From contig NMRA01000009.1 in assembly GCA_002633005.1 (NCBI GenBank), positions 1,800,757 through 1,864,756 on the forward strand: DNA of 64,000 nt, written 5' to 3'. The notes beneath the pieces were generated by a model. The model was given only the letters and a program-made list of their open reading frames with translations. It made no database searches and was not told where the DNA came from. Origin of the DNA: Phoronis australis. Lineage: Eukaryota > Animalia > Phoronida. This document shows, piece after piece, positions 13,535 to 24,400 of the stretch. Position 1 is the first letter of the stretch. Every line of letters begins with the position of its first letter. The position numbers were made by a program, and so were the translations under genes.

Positions 13535-16500
13535 TCAAAAATGTGAGCACTCCACACATGTGCACACTTGTGTGCAAACATCGCAACAGTCATGTAGATG
13601 CCCAAGTGGATCTCTGTCAAAGTCCATTTCAAACAAGTTGCATATAAATTCTCTTCTGCATGTTGTCAATTTACAATAGTCTCTCATTTCTTCTGTCATC
13701 CCAGTCACATTTGATGCAATATCAGAAAAGTTGTAGTATAAAGTTGCTGTCGCAGTCTGGTTATCACGACCAGCACGGCCAATCTCTTGTATGTATGCTA
13801 AAAAATACATGCTACACATAAGTTCACTGGTTATTACTATCCAATCAAAATTTTTATACTATTTTAAAAATTCTCAAGACTGGAACAAAGGTAATTGGTA
13901 AAATCAACACTTTTAATTGTCAAAAGCTTACAACATTACAACAAAAGTGCTGAGCATTTTACCAAAGCCCTTGCAATTTCTGTCGTCTGTTCCATACACA
14001 CCAAATTAAATTTCACTAAGTCTGGCACGCTGTGCTCTAAACTGGAATTTTTTACCGTAAACTCGACACATAAAGTAAACTTTGGAAAAGGTATATTGAT
14101 CTGGCATAAGTCATATACATCATTCAGTAGTAATTTGTAACCAAAGCACAAGAAATCATCTGAGATGTGAAGTAAAAATCCTGTTTAGCCCACTGTGTTA
14201 AGTGGACAGTAAGTCATTATCTTAGATTTCACCTAAATAATTGGTAATGTATATGTACTACATGCAACATCCCTTGGCTACAGGACCCCAGAAGAAGCGA
14301 TGACTTAAACCAAGGGACGACTTACATGCAAGTATGAGTCCAGGGGAGGTTACTCACATAAACAAGGTAACCGCAACCTCGTACCAAAAGTTTTAAATTT
14401 TGCAGGACCTATGCACAATTCAATAGGGCCCCCCCTTAAATTTGAAAGATTGGTTGGCACAATTGGAAACATTAGAAACATTGTTTCGAAATGACTGAGA
14501 GTATGCAAGTGTAGGCCTAGGTCACTAAGTTTACATATACAGCAATCATGAAGAAAAACAAGTTGAAATTTTGAGCATGCAATGTAATGAGCTTTTGGAA
14601 AACGGAGAAAATAATTTTGGCAAATTATTATTTTTGTTTGAAGTTGCCGAAAAGATGACCATAATTAACAGTTTTGCAATAATATGTTACTGACAGAGGT
14701 GTAACGTTAATTGCTGCTGTCTTGTTTGATTAATACAATCGTATGCATTGACGTACTTTCCATGCATCTTGGTACACCAGCATGTACTATTCGCCTGATG
14801 TCAGGGGCGTCAACACCCATTGAGTATGCTTGCGTTGCAAACAACAGTCGCAGTTCTCCATCTCTTTCCTGCATACGTCTGACCACAGCTGCTTTTGTCT
14901 GAAATAAAATGAAACAGTCAATGATTTAACAAACACTCAATTGAGATCTAATTGTAGGAATGACTCTATAAGTGCAAATTACCAGACAGCTGGGAGATTA
15001 CAAACACTGTTTCGAACAAAATCATTGCAATCAACTGAAACCCGTCTTAAGCGACCACTCAAAGGAAGTAGCTGAGGCAGTTGCCTAGGACAGGTGGTTG
15101 TTTAAAAAAACATTGCAGGTAGTTCGATACCTGAATAACATCGGACTGGCCCAGGCCATATAGGTTGGGCCAATTGCACAAAGCACCAGGTGGTTGTTTA
15201 ATACAGGTCACAAAATTTTCAGTCATGACCTCCGAAAGGTCAGTTTACATTGAAAATCATTTGACAATTGAGGGTGGTAGCTGAGGGCAGGTGGTAGCTG
15301 AATATATTTACACATTTAGGCGCATGTGCCTATATCTAAAATAAAACATTTTGTTGAACAAAAATGTTTACTCACTGCAAGTGTGCCACACATAGGTGCA
15401 TGCGCCTACTAGTATGTAAGTGGGTGTCCATGTATGTCTTAATTGTCCTCAACACAAGCAAATGACCCTGTGTGAAGCATTTTTATACAACCTTGCTTCA
15501 CTGATTGCACATTTTCAGGGACCGTCAGTCAAATAAGTCAATCTGATAAGTTCACTTTTGAAATTTAATGTAATCAGATGACTGACAAGTTGTAAGAATA
15601 GTATGATAGGATGCACCTATGTCTCAAGCATCACCTTCAAACCATCTACTCAAATGCTTCGTGTAAAGGTGCATGCATCTAATTCTGGATATTGGCCCAG
15701 CTATTAATATATTTGTATGCAACTAAATGCAAGCTATGTGGAAACAAAAAAAATCCACGAAATGCTCAATTGTACTAACCTGGTGGTGCATTGGAGCATG
15801 AAACTGGGCAACTTGACCGTGGGTGACTGGAGATGGCTGACCCCTCAAATCTCGCCGCAAAGCTAGTTCCTGGCCATAGCCACACCATCTCAGGGTACTG
15901 TATACGACAGTTTTAGGAAAGTCATGCCCGTTCACTTTAAGCTCCTCAATTAATGGCTCCAAGATGTAGTCATAGCTGGACTGGACTGTGTTGCTGCCAC
16001 CAGCACTGGGAGGTCTCCTCTCAACCACTAGTTTTATATTCTGTCTGTCTATAGACTTGCAGACAAGAACAGTGTCATGCATGCCAAGTCCAGCTTGGAT
16101 ATCCTCACGCATGGTTTTGCCAGCCGTGGCAGTCAGAGCCAATACTTTTGCTTGCGGAAAGATGGCACGCAAGTCCTTAATTCGGGCGTAATCTGGACGA
16201 AAGTCATCACCCCACTGGACAACACAGTGTGCCTCATCAACCACAATGGTCACATCCTTAGTTTGCCATCTTTCACTCAAGAAAATGCTCATGGCAGAGT
16301 CATGTAATATGTCTTCAGGGTGACCTAACACAAACGATGGACATGCCAACTTCAACTTTTCACTCATACCTTTCCCTATGCGTACGCACAAGTCGCCCAG
16401 CCTTTGCTCCTGTTCTTCAATGATAGCGGTCAGGGGACTCAACAAGATTATACAACAGTTGGTTCGCCCAATCGCGTCGAGATAGTGCGGCAAACATTCA

Positions 16501-16688
16501 AAGATTAATGACTTGCCGTAGCCCGTTGGCAATACGGCTAAAGTATCCTTCTCGGCTACAGATATTAAACTCTGAAACTGACCAGGTCGTAGAAAAGTAT
16601 ACTGGGTTTTTCTGAGATTATTTACGCTATACAGAGACAACTTCGTTTGCAAAGACCTTGACAACGCTATACATTTACTGTCGGCCAT
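13535..16688 (-). CDS. Transposon-borne RecQ-family (SF2 DEAH) DNA helicase, 3 exons, ~437 aa
   Basis: Exons 16688-15780, 14898-14757, 13797-13535 (GT-AG, phases 0,1; 1314 nt). Motifs: LPTGYGKS (Walker A), LSPLTAI (Ia), VVDEAHCVVQWGDDFRPDY (II plus aromatic loop), LTATA (III), FATQAYSMGVDAPDIR (V), YIQEIGRAGRD (VI), and RQC zinc ligands CRR...CCDVC. No winged-helix or HRDC domain follows. Confidence 0.9.
15032..15305. mobile_element. Degenerate pogo/Tigger-like MITE in helicase intron 1
   Basis: Starts CAACTGAAACCCGTCTTAAGCGACCAC, followed by several CAGGTGGTTG/CAGGTGGTAG subterminal motifs; right end not clearly defined. Confidence 0.4.
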
Positions 16689-16710
16689 ATTGTTTCTATG
16701 TTGCAAACCT

Positions 16711-16743
16711 AACCAATGACTACTAAGGTTACATCAACCAATG
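16711..16743 (-). promoter_or_regulatory. Two CCAAT boxes upstream of helicase ATG
   Basis: AACCAATGA twice (CCAAT at 16713-16717 and 16738-16742) between the right terminal repeat and ATG 16688. Confidence 0.35.
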
Positions 16744-17270
16744 ATAAAACGCGAGCTGTCGGGTGATACCTGCGTGCTGGCTGGGCTAAGCACGCAGGGA
16801 ACCAGCGAGGTGCGGTCAACTGCACTTGTCAGAAACAACATAAGTTTGTCACAGCATAGATATTCGTCTATAGTCTATGGTCACAGGGCTCATAGCAAGG
16901 CACTCTGATTATTTACTGGCAATGATCGTCGGGTGTTTTTCGCAGGTAAGATTAAGTATTGTAAACTGTTGGCCTGTGCTAGTCCTTATAAGTTTAAAAA
17001 TTCTACTGATAATCAGTTATGATTTGCTGCCAGGTCTCCGACTGTGCTGTGGGAGACCCGTTCCATGTCCGTGGCCGTGGGTAATTTCCGAAAATAGGTC
17101 CATGCCATGTTGGATACTCAGAGAACAACCTTCCAAAAACTGCTTATTTTGGGTAAGGGGAGTGGAGAATTTTCTGAAACTTTGTCAAACACTGTGTGAT
17201 GCGTATGCAAATTTGAGAACACCGATGAAGGGCACTCAGATTTACATACTTCAGTGTTCAAAGTGTGACA

Positions 17271-18221
17271 TAGGCAATGACCATCGCCTCTGTTGGCCCG
17301 AACCAGAGGCGATGTAGAGGCTATAGGCGCTCTGTATGCCGGAAGCTTTTCGGCGAATTATGCCTCGCACCGACTAAACCATCAAAGTCACGTTGTTATA
17401 AATACCTTTTGCGCATAGAGGAACACCTTAGGAGGTTGTCGGATGTGTTTAAGACTTAAACAGTTTAAGTCCTTCCAACTCCAACAAATACTCCCGTTAT
17501 GAAACTTTTTGTTCGATCAGTCCCTATTTCAGTTCCCAAAATCGTGAAATCAAAATTTTCATTTTTTTTTAACCAGGTCGAAGGTCAGAAGTTGCGATCC
17601 TACCGGCGAACTTTGAAAGCAGAAGTTCCCGCCCTTTGTGTACGTGCTGCCGGGAACCAGCCGTGCATTTGCCGTGTTGTTAAACATTAAAATGTCAAAT
17701 ATGTGCACAAAGACTATTAAATGTCATATCAACAGCATTTATTTTTATCAAATACGAACAATAATTCATTGAAATACAAACAGTTTCAAGTAACGCCAAT
17801 TAAAGACAAGTATAAGGGGTGGCATTTTGGAAACGGACATTTGACTGACAAGACCGCAATGGCTCACCTTTGGCCTATTTAAAAATTCTTGAGGTTATGA
17901 AGTCACATCACCTAGCGAGCGCGGTAAAAATTGGAGCGTGCGCAGTACAAACATTTTGATTTCACGATTTTGGGAACTGAAATAGGGACTGATCGAAGAA
18001 AAAGTTTCATAGCGGGAGTATTTGTTGGAGTTGGAAGGACTTAAACACATCGACAACCTCCTAAGGTGTTCCTCTATGCGCAAAAGGTATTTATAACAAC
18101 ATGACTTTGATGGTTTAGACGGTGCAAGGCATAATTCGCCGAAAAGCTTCCGGCGTACAGAGCGCCTATAGCCTCTACATCGCCTCTGCTTCGGGCCAAC
18201 AGAGGCGATGGTCATTGCCTA
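17271..18221. mobile_element. Non-autonomous long-TIR element (Academ-like MITE), 951 bp, 9-bp TSD
   Basis: Termini TAGGCAATGACCATCG ... CGATGGTCATTGCCTA; ~280-290-bp near-identical TIRs; TSD AGTGTGACA at 17262-17270 and 18222-18230. Confidence 0.85.
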
Positions 18222-18382
18222 AGTGTGACACTGACACTGACAGCGACTTAAATGTGTTAGGCAGCGTTGTTTGTGTGTTTTCTGTTTCAACGAAAACCCG
18301 TTGATGTTTTAAATATAATAATCTTTCGATTAGAATAAAATTTATATTAGAAACGTCAAAGTGATATTCACAACAGAACCAT

Positions 18383-20445
18383 CAGAGCTCAACGTTATGA
18401 AAATCGCCAGGTCTCATTTTGCGACCTAGCCAAAGTCCCAGGTTGCATTTTCAAAATCCAGCTCGCATTCATTCATGCCAGGTCGCAAAATTTTCCCGCC
18501 TTTCGAGCTAAAACTAATTTTTTAGATCATCGATAAAATGTTTAGTCGGATTATGCTTGCTCTTACCTGCGGCGTTAAATGCTCACAAATTTCAGGTCGC
18601 AAAATTTAGTTCTTACAAACAGGTACGGCGTTATTGTTAATTACGACCACCGTTGAAAGGCTCTAGAGTGCAAGGTTAGTTGCTGACGTGAAAGTTGAAT
18701 CGGTGCTCTCGATCCGACACGTGCAGTCGAGTACTTAACTTTGCATTGTGAAAAAGGAGAAAATACTCGTTGAAAAAGTATCATCAGTTTTGCCAGGTCT
18801 GACTTGCTATATGACTGTTATCAAAGTCGTAATGATCCAAACTAACTCTGAGTGAAAACTCCCTGCATTTTTTTTCGCAGCCAACTTTGCAACTGAACTC
18901 GACGTTTGAAAAACATCCTGTTGAAAAAAATCCGTGAAACGTTGTCCTAGCCAAATGACGTATTCGGATGCGCGGGAACAGTTCAGTACAAATTTCACTA
19001 AAATGTGGTACTTATGCTGTTTATTTACTCAACACTTAGTTTTCCATGAAATGAAAAGCCTTGAAATAATTCCCGACTCCATGCGGATTTCTATCGGGAA
19101 ATTCAAGCTTCCTCCTCAATACCTTCCATGTACGGAAAAATTAGGTCAGTCCCAAACGACACGTATGTCACCAGTGGTAACTTTCTTTCGAAGATATAAA
19201 AAAGTTGGGGTTTGGTTTTAACATATTGAGAAAGGACAATTTTTGAAAACAAACTGAATTTGTTGTTGTGTAAAATGAGAGTAACTCACTTGTAGGCTGC
19301 GCGTTAATTTCAAGCAACGCGCACGGTCCTTTGCAGTGCCCTATGATGGGCGCTAGTCTGAACTGCGGACGCTTAATTTGAAATTCTCAAAAGTTGAGAG
19401 GGAACGCTTAGGTGCCGTGGGCGCTTACTATGAAACACTTCAAAGGTAGGGAGTAGGCGCAGTGTTTGCGGTAATAGGTTACTGAAAGACTGCAATAGTA
19501 ACAAATGTTATTATAATAAGATTTTGCGTGGCAAACTCCATCTAGTAGTGGTGACTTTCTGGCTGTCGTTACTACCTACACTGTACCCTTTTTAGCCACC
19601 CACAATAATTTTGTTTTTAATTGCCCACTTCAGTCGGAACAAGATTCTTTCTGTTGGTGTCTTAAAATTGATTTTAGTGCGTGGTCCGGGGAACTAACAT
19701 TGGGAGAGAGCATATGAAGAGAAGAAAAAAATAGTTGGCTAACAACAATTTCGCTTTTCCAGATTTAGTTGCCGAATAGCTGTCTACGGACATAAAATAT
19801 CGACCCGAGGAACAACGGAACAGGCTGTCGTGTGACGATTAATAGGGTGGCCATTTTCACGTTTGCAGTCTTTTGCGATAAAAATGCGAGACGCTGAGAC
19901 GCACATTTCCAAATCACGACCGTCTACCGCGTGTGCGCTAACAACGGGATCGACCAGTGTCGCAGTGCGTAAAATCATGGATGTTGTCGTGGATATTTGA
20001 TAATAAATAGAAAAATGAATAGAATTATTAAAACCACCGCTGTTTTGTGACGTTTTATCGAATGTTTTGCCGTGGTCCCAAACTTTCTTCGGCTCATCTG
20101 GAAATTTGCATAAGGAGCCGAAAATGTTAGCCAATGAAACGCGTCAAAGATCGATTCTGCATTATCCCAAGTCAGTTTACGTGACATGAGTTGACAAGTC
20201 ATCGGGAGGGCTGTTCTCGGTTAGTGTTCTTTTGAACTGGATTTGGCAACAACCAAAATTAGTCGGATTTACACGAATTGCTTTATATTTGCGGGTATCT
20301 GTGGAAAAGTGTGAAAACTCAGCTCGCATACATTAGAAATTCCAGGTCGCATTTTGCGACTTGATACGAGCTGGCAAAAATCTCAGCTCGCATTTCCAAA
20401 TTTCAGGTCGCAAATGCGACCTGCAGCTCGTTGTGTCGAGCCCTG
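18383..20445. mobile_element. Non-autonomous CAGGG-ended (hAT-like) element, ~2.06 kb
   Basis: CAGAGCTCAAC ... GTCGAGCCCTG termini; clusters of CAGGTCGCA/CAGCTCGCA/TGCGACCT subterminal repeats at both ends; ACCAT directly repeated at 18378-18382 and 20446-20450. Confidence 0.7.
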
Positions 20446-21799
20446 ACCATACATTACCGTAAGAGTAATTTTGCTACTGGAGAATCAGCCGTATATAAGA
20501 AAATACTTTTGTAGAATGTAAGTTTGTTCATTTTGTAATTGTTTTCTTATCGGCTCGCGTAGTATGCCTACGACCGGTAAGAATTAGAAAAAGAATATAA
20601 AATTTTTGAAAAACCAAACACGACTTATTTTGAAAAGAAATTCGGCTCAGACTCCACGTGAAAACCAAACGCTGCATCAAATGCGATATCTTAAAAATTA
20701 ACCAATAAGAGTACGCCACAAAGAAATGCTTATAAACGTCATACACTGAACTACTGTGATATAAACCCGTTCTCTTTAATGTATACCAGTAGTTTTATCG
20801 TGCACTAGAAAGACTTTTATTTGGCAATACTTAGGCCCAGGTCACATTCAGTAAACAAAGTGTGTTAAAGCTATCCTTCACATTTTGCTGATATGATTCG
20901 TTACCAACAAAGTCACCCAATATTTTGTTAAATGATGGTCATTCGAGTGATTTACGATTCCAAAATATAACGTCTTAACAAAATAAAAAAATTGAAACAA
21001 AACTTGTTACTTATGTATTTTAGAACAATCCATCAGATTTTCAAAACATGCAAATAGTTAGCAAAAATATGCTCATGGGCACGTACTTTTGGAAAATTTT
21101 CTGAAACTATGGCCATAGGTTTACTTTTTGGGGTAATAGTCAGATATAACGTGCAAATATTTTAAGAAGCTGTTTTTCTCCACAGAATAATGGGCGTCAA
21201 ACTGTTTTCTCCACTGAATAATGGTCGTCAAAGTGGTTCTCAAAATATGTGCATGTTATATCCATTTATTGGCCTTTTTGGTGGGCCTATTTTCGGAAAA
21301 TCCCGGTAGTTGTAGAGACATTATATAGTAAACAGTCAGAGCTAGTGGTGAGTCGACAGGAAATGTGCTTGAACTTCGTGCACACTGTAACTGAGCCACA
21401 GCTGTTTGTGGGCAGCAGTGGGAAAGTGTGTGCAAATTTTAGAATGTCTGAGTGTGGAGGGGTCTATACATCGTGTTGAGAAGCAGTGGGAAAATGTGTG
21501 CAAAGTTTAGAATGTCTGGGAGTGGAGGGGTCTGTACATCGTGTTGAATCACCTAAAACGGTGCTGGTGGTTTGGCTATAAATGGTTCAATAACAATCAC
21601 ATAGAAGCCAATCCAAGTATATTATTAAAAACATGTTGGAAATAATGAGAGTAGCCGATTTTTCACATTGGCATTCTCTAGACTTTCGCTTGATCCCGGC
21701 TCAGATTTGGTGGACAGAAATTCACTACTATATTGTGGTTCGTTAATTTAAAAGTGAAAGACTGAATCCCATAGCCAATCCCTCCCATTGTTTGATTAG

Positions 21800-22501
21800 G
21801 TTTAGTTCATTAATTTATTTTAGCATTTTGACATCAGTCAGGATTGAAGTTCTCCTGCGTTGTCAGTCACAGCCACTGACTATGCAGCTGTGGATTGTTT
21901 AGCAGAGGGAAGTGTATGGCACATGATCAATGCATCACTAACCTAAATAATTTAGGTAAGTATAACCATACCATGGTTGTCTTGACCCCAGAAAACATTG
22001 GCATCCAGGGTTATAAGGTAGCTGATTGATTAGCAAAATTTGGTTCAGAACTCGAATTTCAAGGAAATGAACCAATATTAACTATCCTTATGCTTCCTGC
22101 GTTCTAGGAATAAGGGATTGGTCATTGAAAGGATGGAATTATCTTGGACTAACAGAAATGACTGTTGAAGAACAAAAGAGGTGGTGAGCTGGGTAACTCC
22201 CAGTCTTACTATAGGGATATTCCTGGAGTTCGGCTTTGAGCCATTAGCACATACAAAAATAAAAAGGCGCACGTAGGTTTGCTGCAGTGTAGTATAAATT
22301 GTTATGGATATCAAAACCATTAAAACACTTGCAAAATTCCTAAAGCAGGCTGGTGGACTTGAGTATGAACAGTGAAGTTAAAGCACAGTGTCTGTTGTAG
22401 TGGGCCTGTAGTGGGCGTGTAGAAGGCCTAAGTAACATGTCGATCTTTCTGTATTGGCAAAATTCCGACACCACTGTCCCATTATTGTTATTGTTATTAT
22501 T
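21800..22501 (+). pseudogene. Decayed non-LTR retrotransposon 3' fragment with RNase H remnant
   Basis: ~21972-22050 translates as MVVLTPENIGIQGYKVAD*LAKFG (degenerate WVPxHxGIxGNExADxLAK). Later IKTLAKFLKQAG and an (ATT)n-like tail at 22481-22501. Confidence 0.55.
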
Positions 22502-23024
22502 GGACATGGTGTCCTTCATTCATGGATATAAATTCAAAAGGTTTGCCTTTTTCAAGCCATTACTACATCTGACTGTGAATCATTGAACATTTTTGAGGCA
22601 TTATGATAGCGGGAAAGGTGATTATATCAGTTGGTTGAAACAAACCTCCCGTCTGCATTACATGGGATCTGTAGGTGGCGCTGAACGCCTATTCTCTGAT
22701 TGCCTACTAGTGATATATTGTATTTCAGTATGGCTCGACTGTTTCAAAATTCACCTATTAGCTTTTAGTTACTTGGTGTTTTTATGCACTCACATATTTA
22801 TGTATGGGTGCATTATTTATAAGTGGGTGCATTATTTATATGTGAATGCATTATTTCTGGATGAAAGATAAAGAATTTGTAAGAAAACCCTAACCATGCA
22901 TGTCTTCGTCTTTTAGAGAAGTTCATGATTTTTCGTACTCATGTAAAATCCTATTTTTAATCACTGTTCTTTGACTTATATGGCAAGCCTACTGAGGGGG
23001 TCCACTACCGTACATTATGATTTA

Positions 23025-23174
23025 TGTATAATGACTATATGTATAATGACTATATGTATAATGACTATATGTATAATGACTATATGTATAATGACTATAT
23101 GTATAATGACTATATGTATAATGACTATATGTATAATGACTATATGTATAATGACTATATGTATAATGACTATA
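23025..23174. repeat. 15-bp tandem repeat (TGTATAATGACTATA), ~10 copies
   Basis: Perfect tandem array. Confidence 0.95.
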
Positions 23175-23444
23175 CTCACATTTGAGTGTAATGACATTCT
23201 GACCAACTGCTACTGACCTTGGCCAAGTGTACTGTATACCACTTGTGAATGTTAGATGTAACAACTTACGGTATGTACAGACTGAAGTATTCAAGCATGT
23301 CAGCAGCCTTGATCCATTTAGCTTAGGAAACTCTTTTGAGCTTAAAGTTCACCATTAGGATAGTAAAATATAACAAGAAATAAAGGTATAGTGATAGCAA
23401 ATTAAGCTATTATATCAATAACATGATCACATTTATTTGTTATC

Positions 23445-23680
23445 GATGTTTTTCACAACCTGTTTTGACTTGTCACTGTGTAGAGTTTGTAGAGTTTGAA
23501 TTTTGCTGGGATAAGTTTAGCTTACTTGTGTCGAGTTTGAAATATTGGATGTTTTGCACTTTTGTTACTTGCTCAGTGCATTCATTACAAGGGAACACAC
23601 TAACTCCCCACAGTATGGACATGGACTGTGCAACGTGTACATGAATTTTGTAACTTGTTCAGATTGATTTTTTTTGGAGA
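23445..23680. repeat. Fragment of the dispersed repeat also at ~34150-34410 (inverted)
   Basis: Shared blocks CTGTTTTGACTTGTCACTGTG, GTCGAGTTTGAAA and ACTCCCCACAGT. Confidence 0.6.
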
Positions 23681-24189
23681 ACAATGAATGTAAATGTTCA
23701 TGGCAAGATATCAAAAACACTGTTACAGTTGTTTTAAAGATTTTTCATGAAAATCTTAGAAGTCCTATTTTTTCATAGCCTCTCGTGCAAAAGTGGAATG
23801 GAAAATTTTAAAAACAATTCCAAATGTATTCTGGAGAACAGTCTGTAAAGCACAGTATCTTAAACCTTCAAATGAATACAATCAGTCGTTTCTGAGATAT
23901 GATGTTCTGAAGTCGCCAATATTGGACATTGGTCTAGAGCCATGCCTAACCTTATGGCCAGTGCTCTGGCTGAGGCTGTCATATTTTCAGATAACATAGT
24001 TAAAGCCAGTATCACATGCACTGGATCTGGATTAGATTAGAGGGCAGTGGACAACAAAGATATTATTTTCCAGGGTAATATCAGTGGCAGACCTAGAACA
24101 CATTTTGTTGTAATTGTATATCTATACTAAACAGCAAACTAAGCAGCTTAATGTCACACCTTTCAAACTGTTGTTCCAACCTCATCTAA

Positions 24190-24400
24190 GTCTGTAAGTA
24201 TTATTACATACATGAAGAACTTATATTGAATATATTTCTTTTAAAAGTGAGGACAGTGCAAAATGACAAGTGCCCATTTTGTGGACTTGAAACCTTTCAA
24301 TCACATATTTTTGGAATGTGATCGTGTAGTTCCACTTTGGAACGAAATACAAGCATGGCTTTCAAAGGTGGCAGGCACTAGCCTTTTATTAGAGATGAAT
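24190..24400 (+). pseudogene. L1/Tx1-like LINE ORF2 C-terminal CCHC zinc-knuckle remnant
   Basis: ...LILNIFLLKVRTVQNDKCPFCGLET / frameshift / NHIFLECDRVVPLWNEIQAWLSK. Confidence 0.65.

Larger units (their letters stand above)
6803..16809. mobile_element. Autonomous AcademH-type DNA transposon (transposase + RecQ helicase), ~10.0 kb
   Basis: Perfect 20-bp terminal inverted repeat CTCGCTGGTTCCCTGCGTGC (6803-6822) / GCACGCAGGGAACCAGCGAG (16790-16809). Second perfect 19-bp inverted pair at 6845-6863 / 16763-16781. Direct repeat GTGCGGTCAA immediately outside both ends (6793-6802, 16810-16819). Encloses convergent DDE-transposase-like and RecQ-like genes. A transposase plus RecQ helicase with 9-10-bp TSDs is the established definition of the AcademH lineage of the Academ superfamily. 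Confidence 0.9.

Noticed and set aside
15723-16706. Host RecQ/WRN/BLM gene
   Set aside because: Lies inside TIRs and a TSD opposite a transposase and lacks the accessory domains of cellular RecQs.
17277-18215. Paired ORFs MTIASVGP... on opposite strands, and similar ORFs at 4442, 62764 and 63072
   Set aside because: By-products of the long TIRs of a non-coding MITE family; frames are not conserved between copies.
22971-23294. (IMTIC)n / (YSHYT)n ORFs
   Set aside because: 15-bp tandem repeat artefacts.
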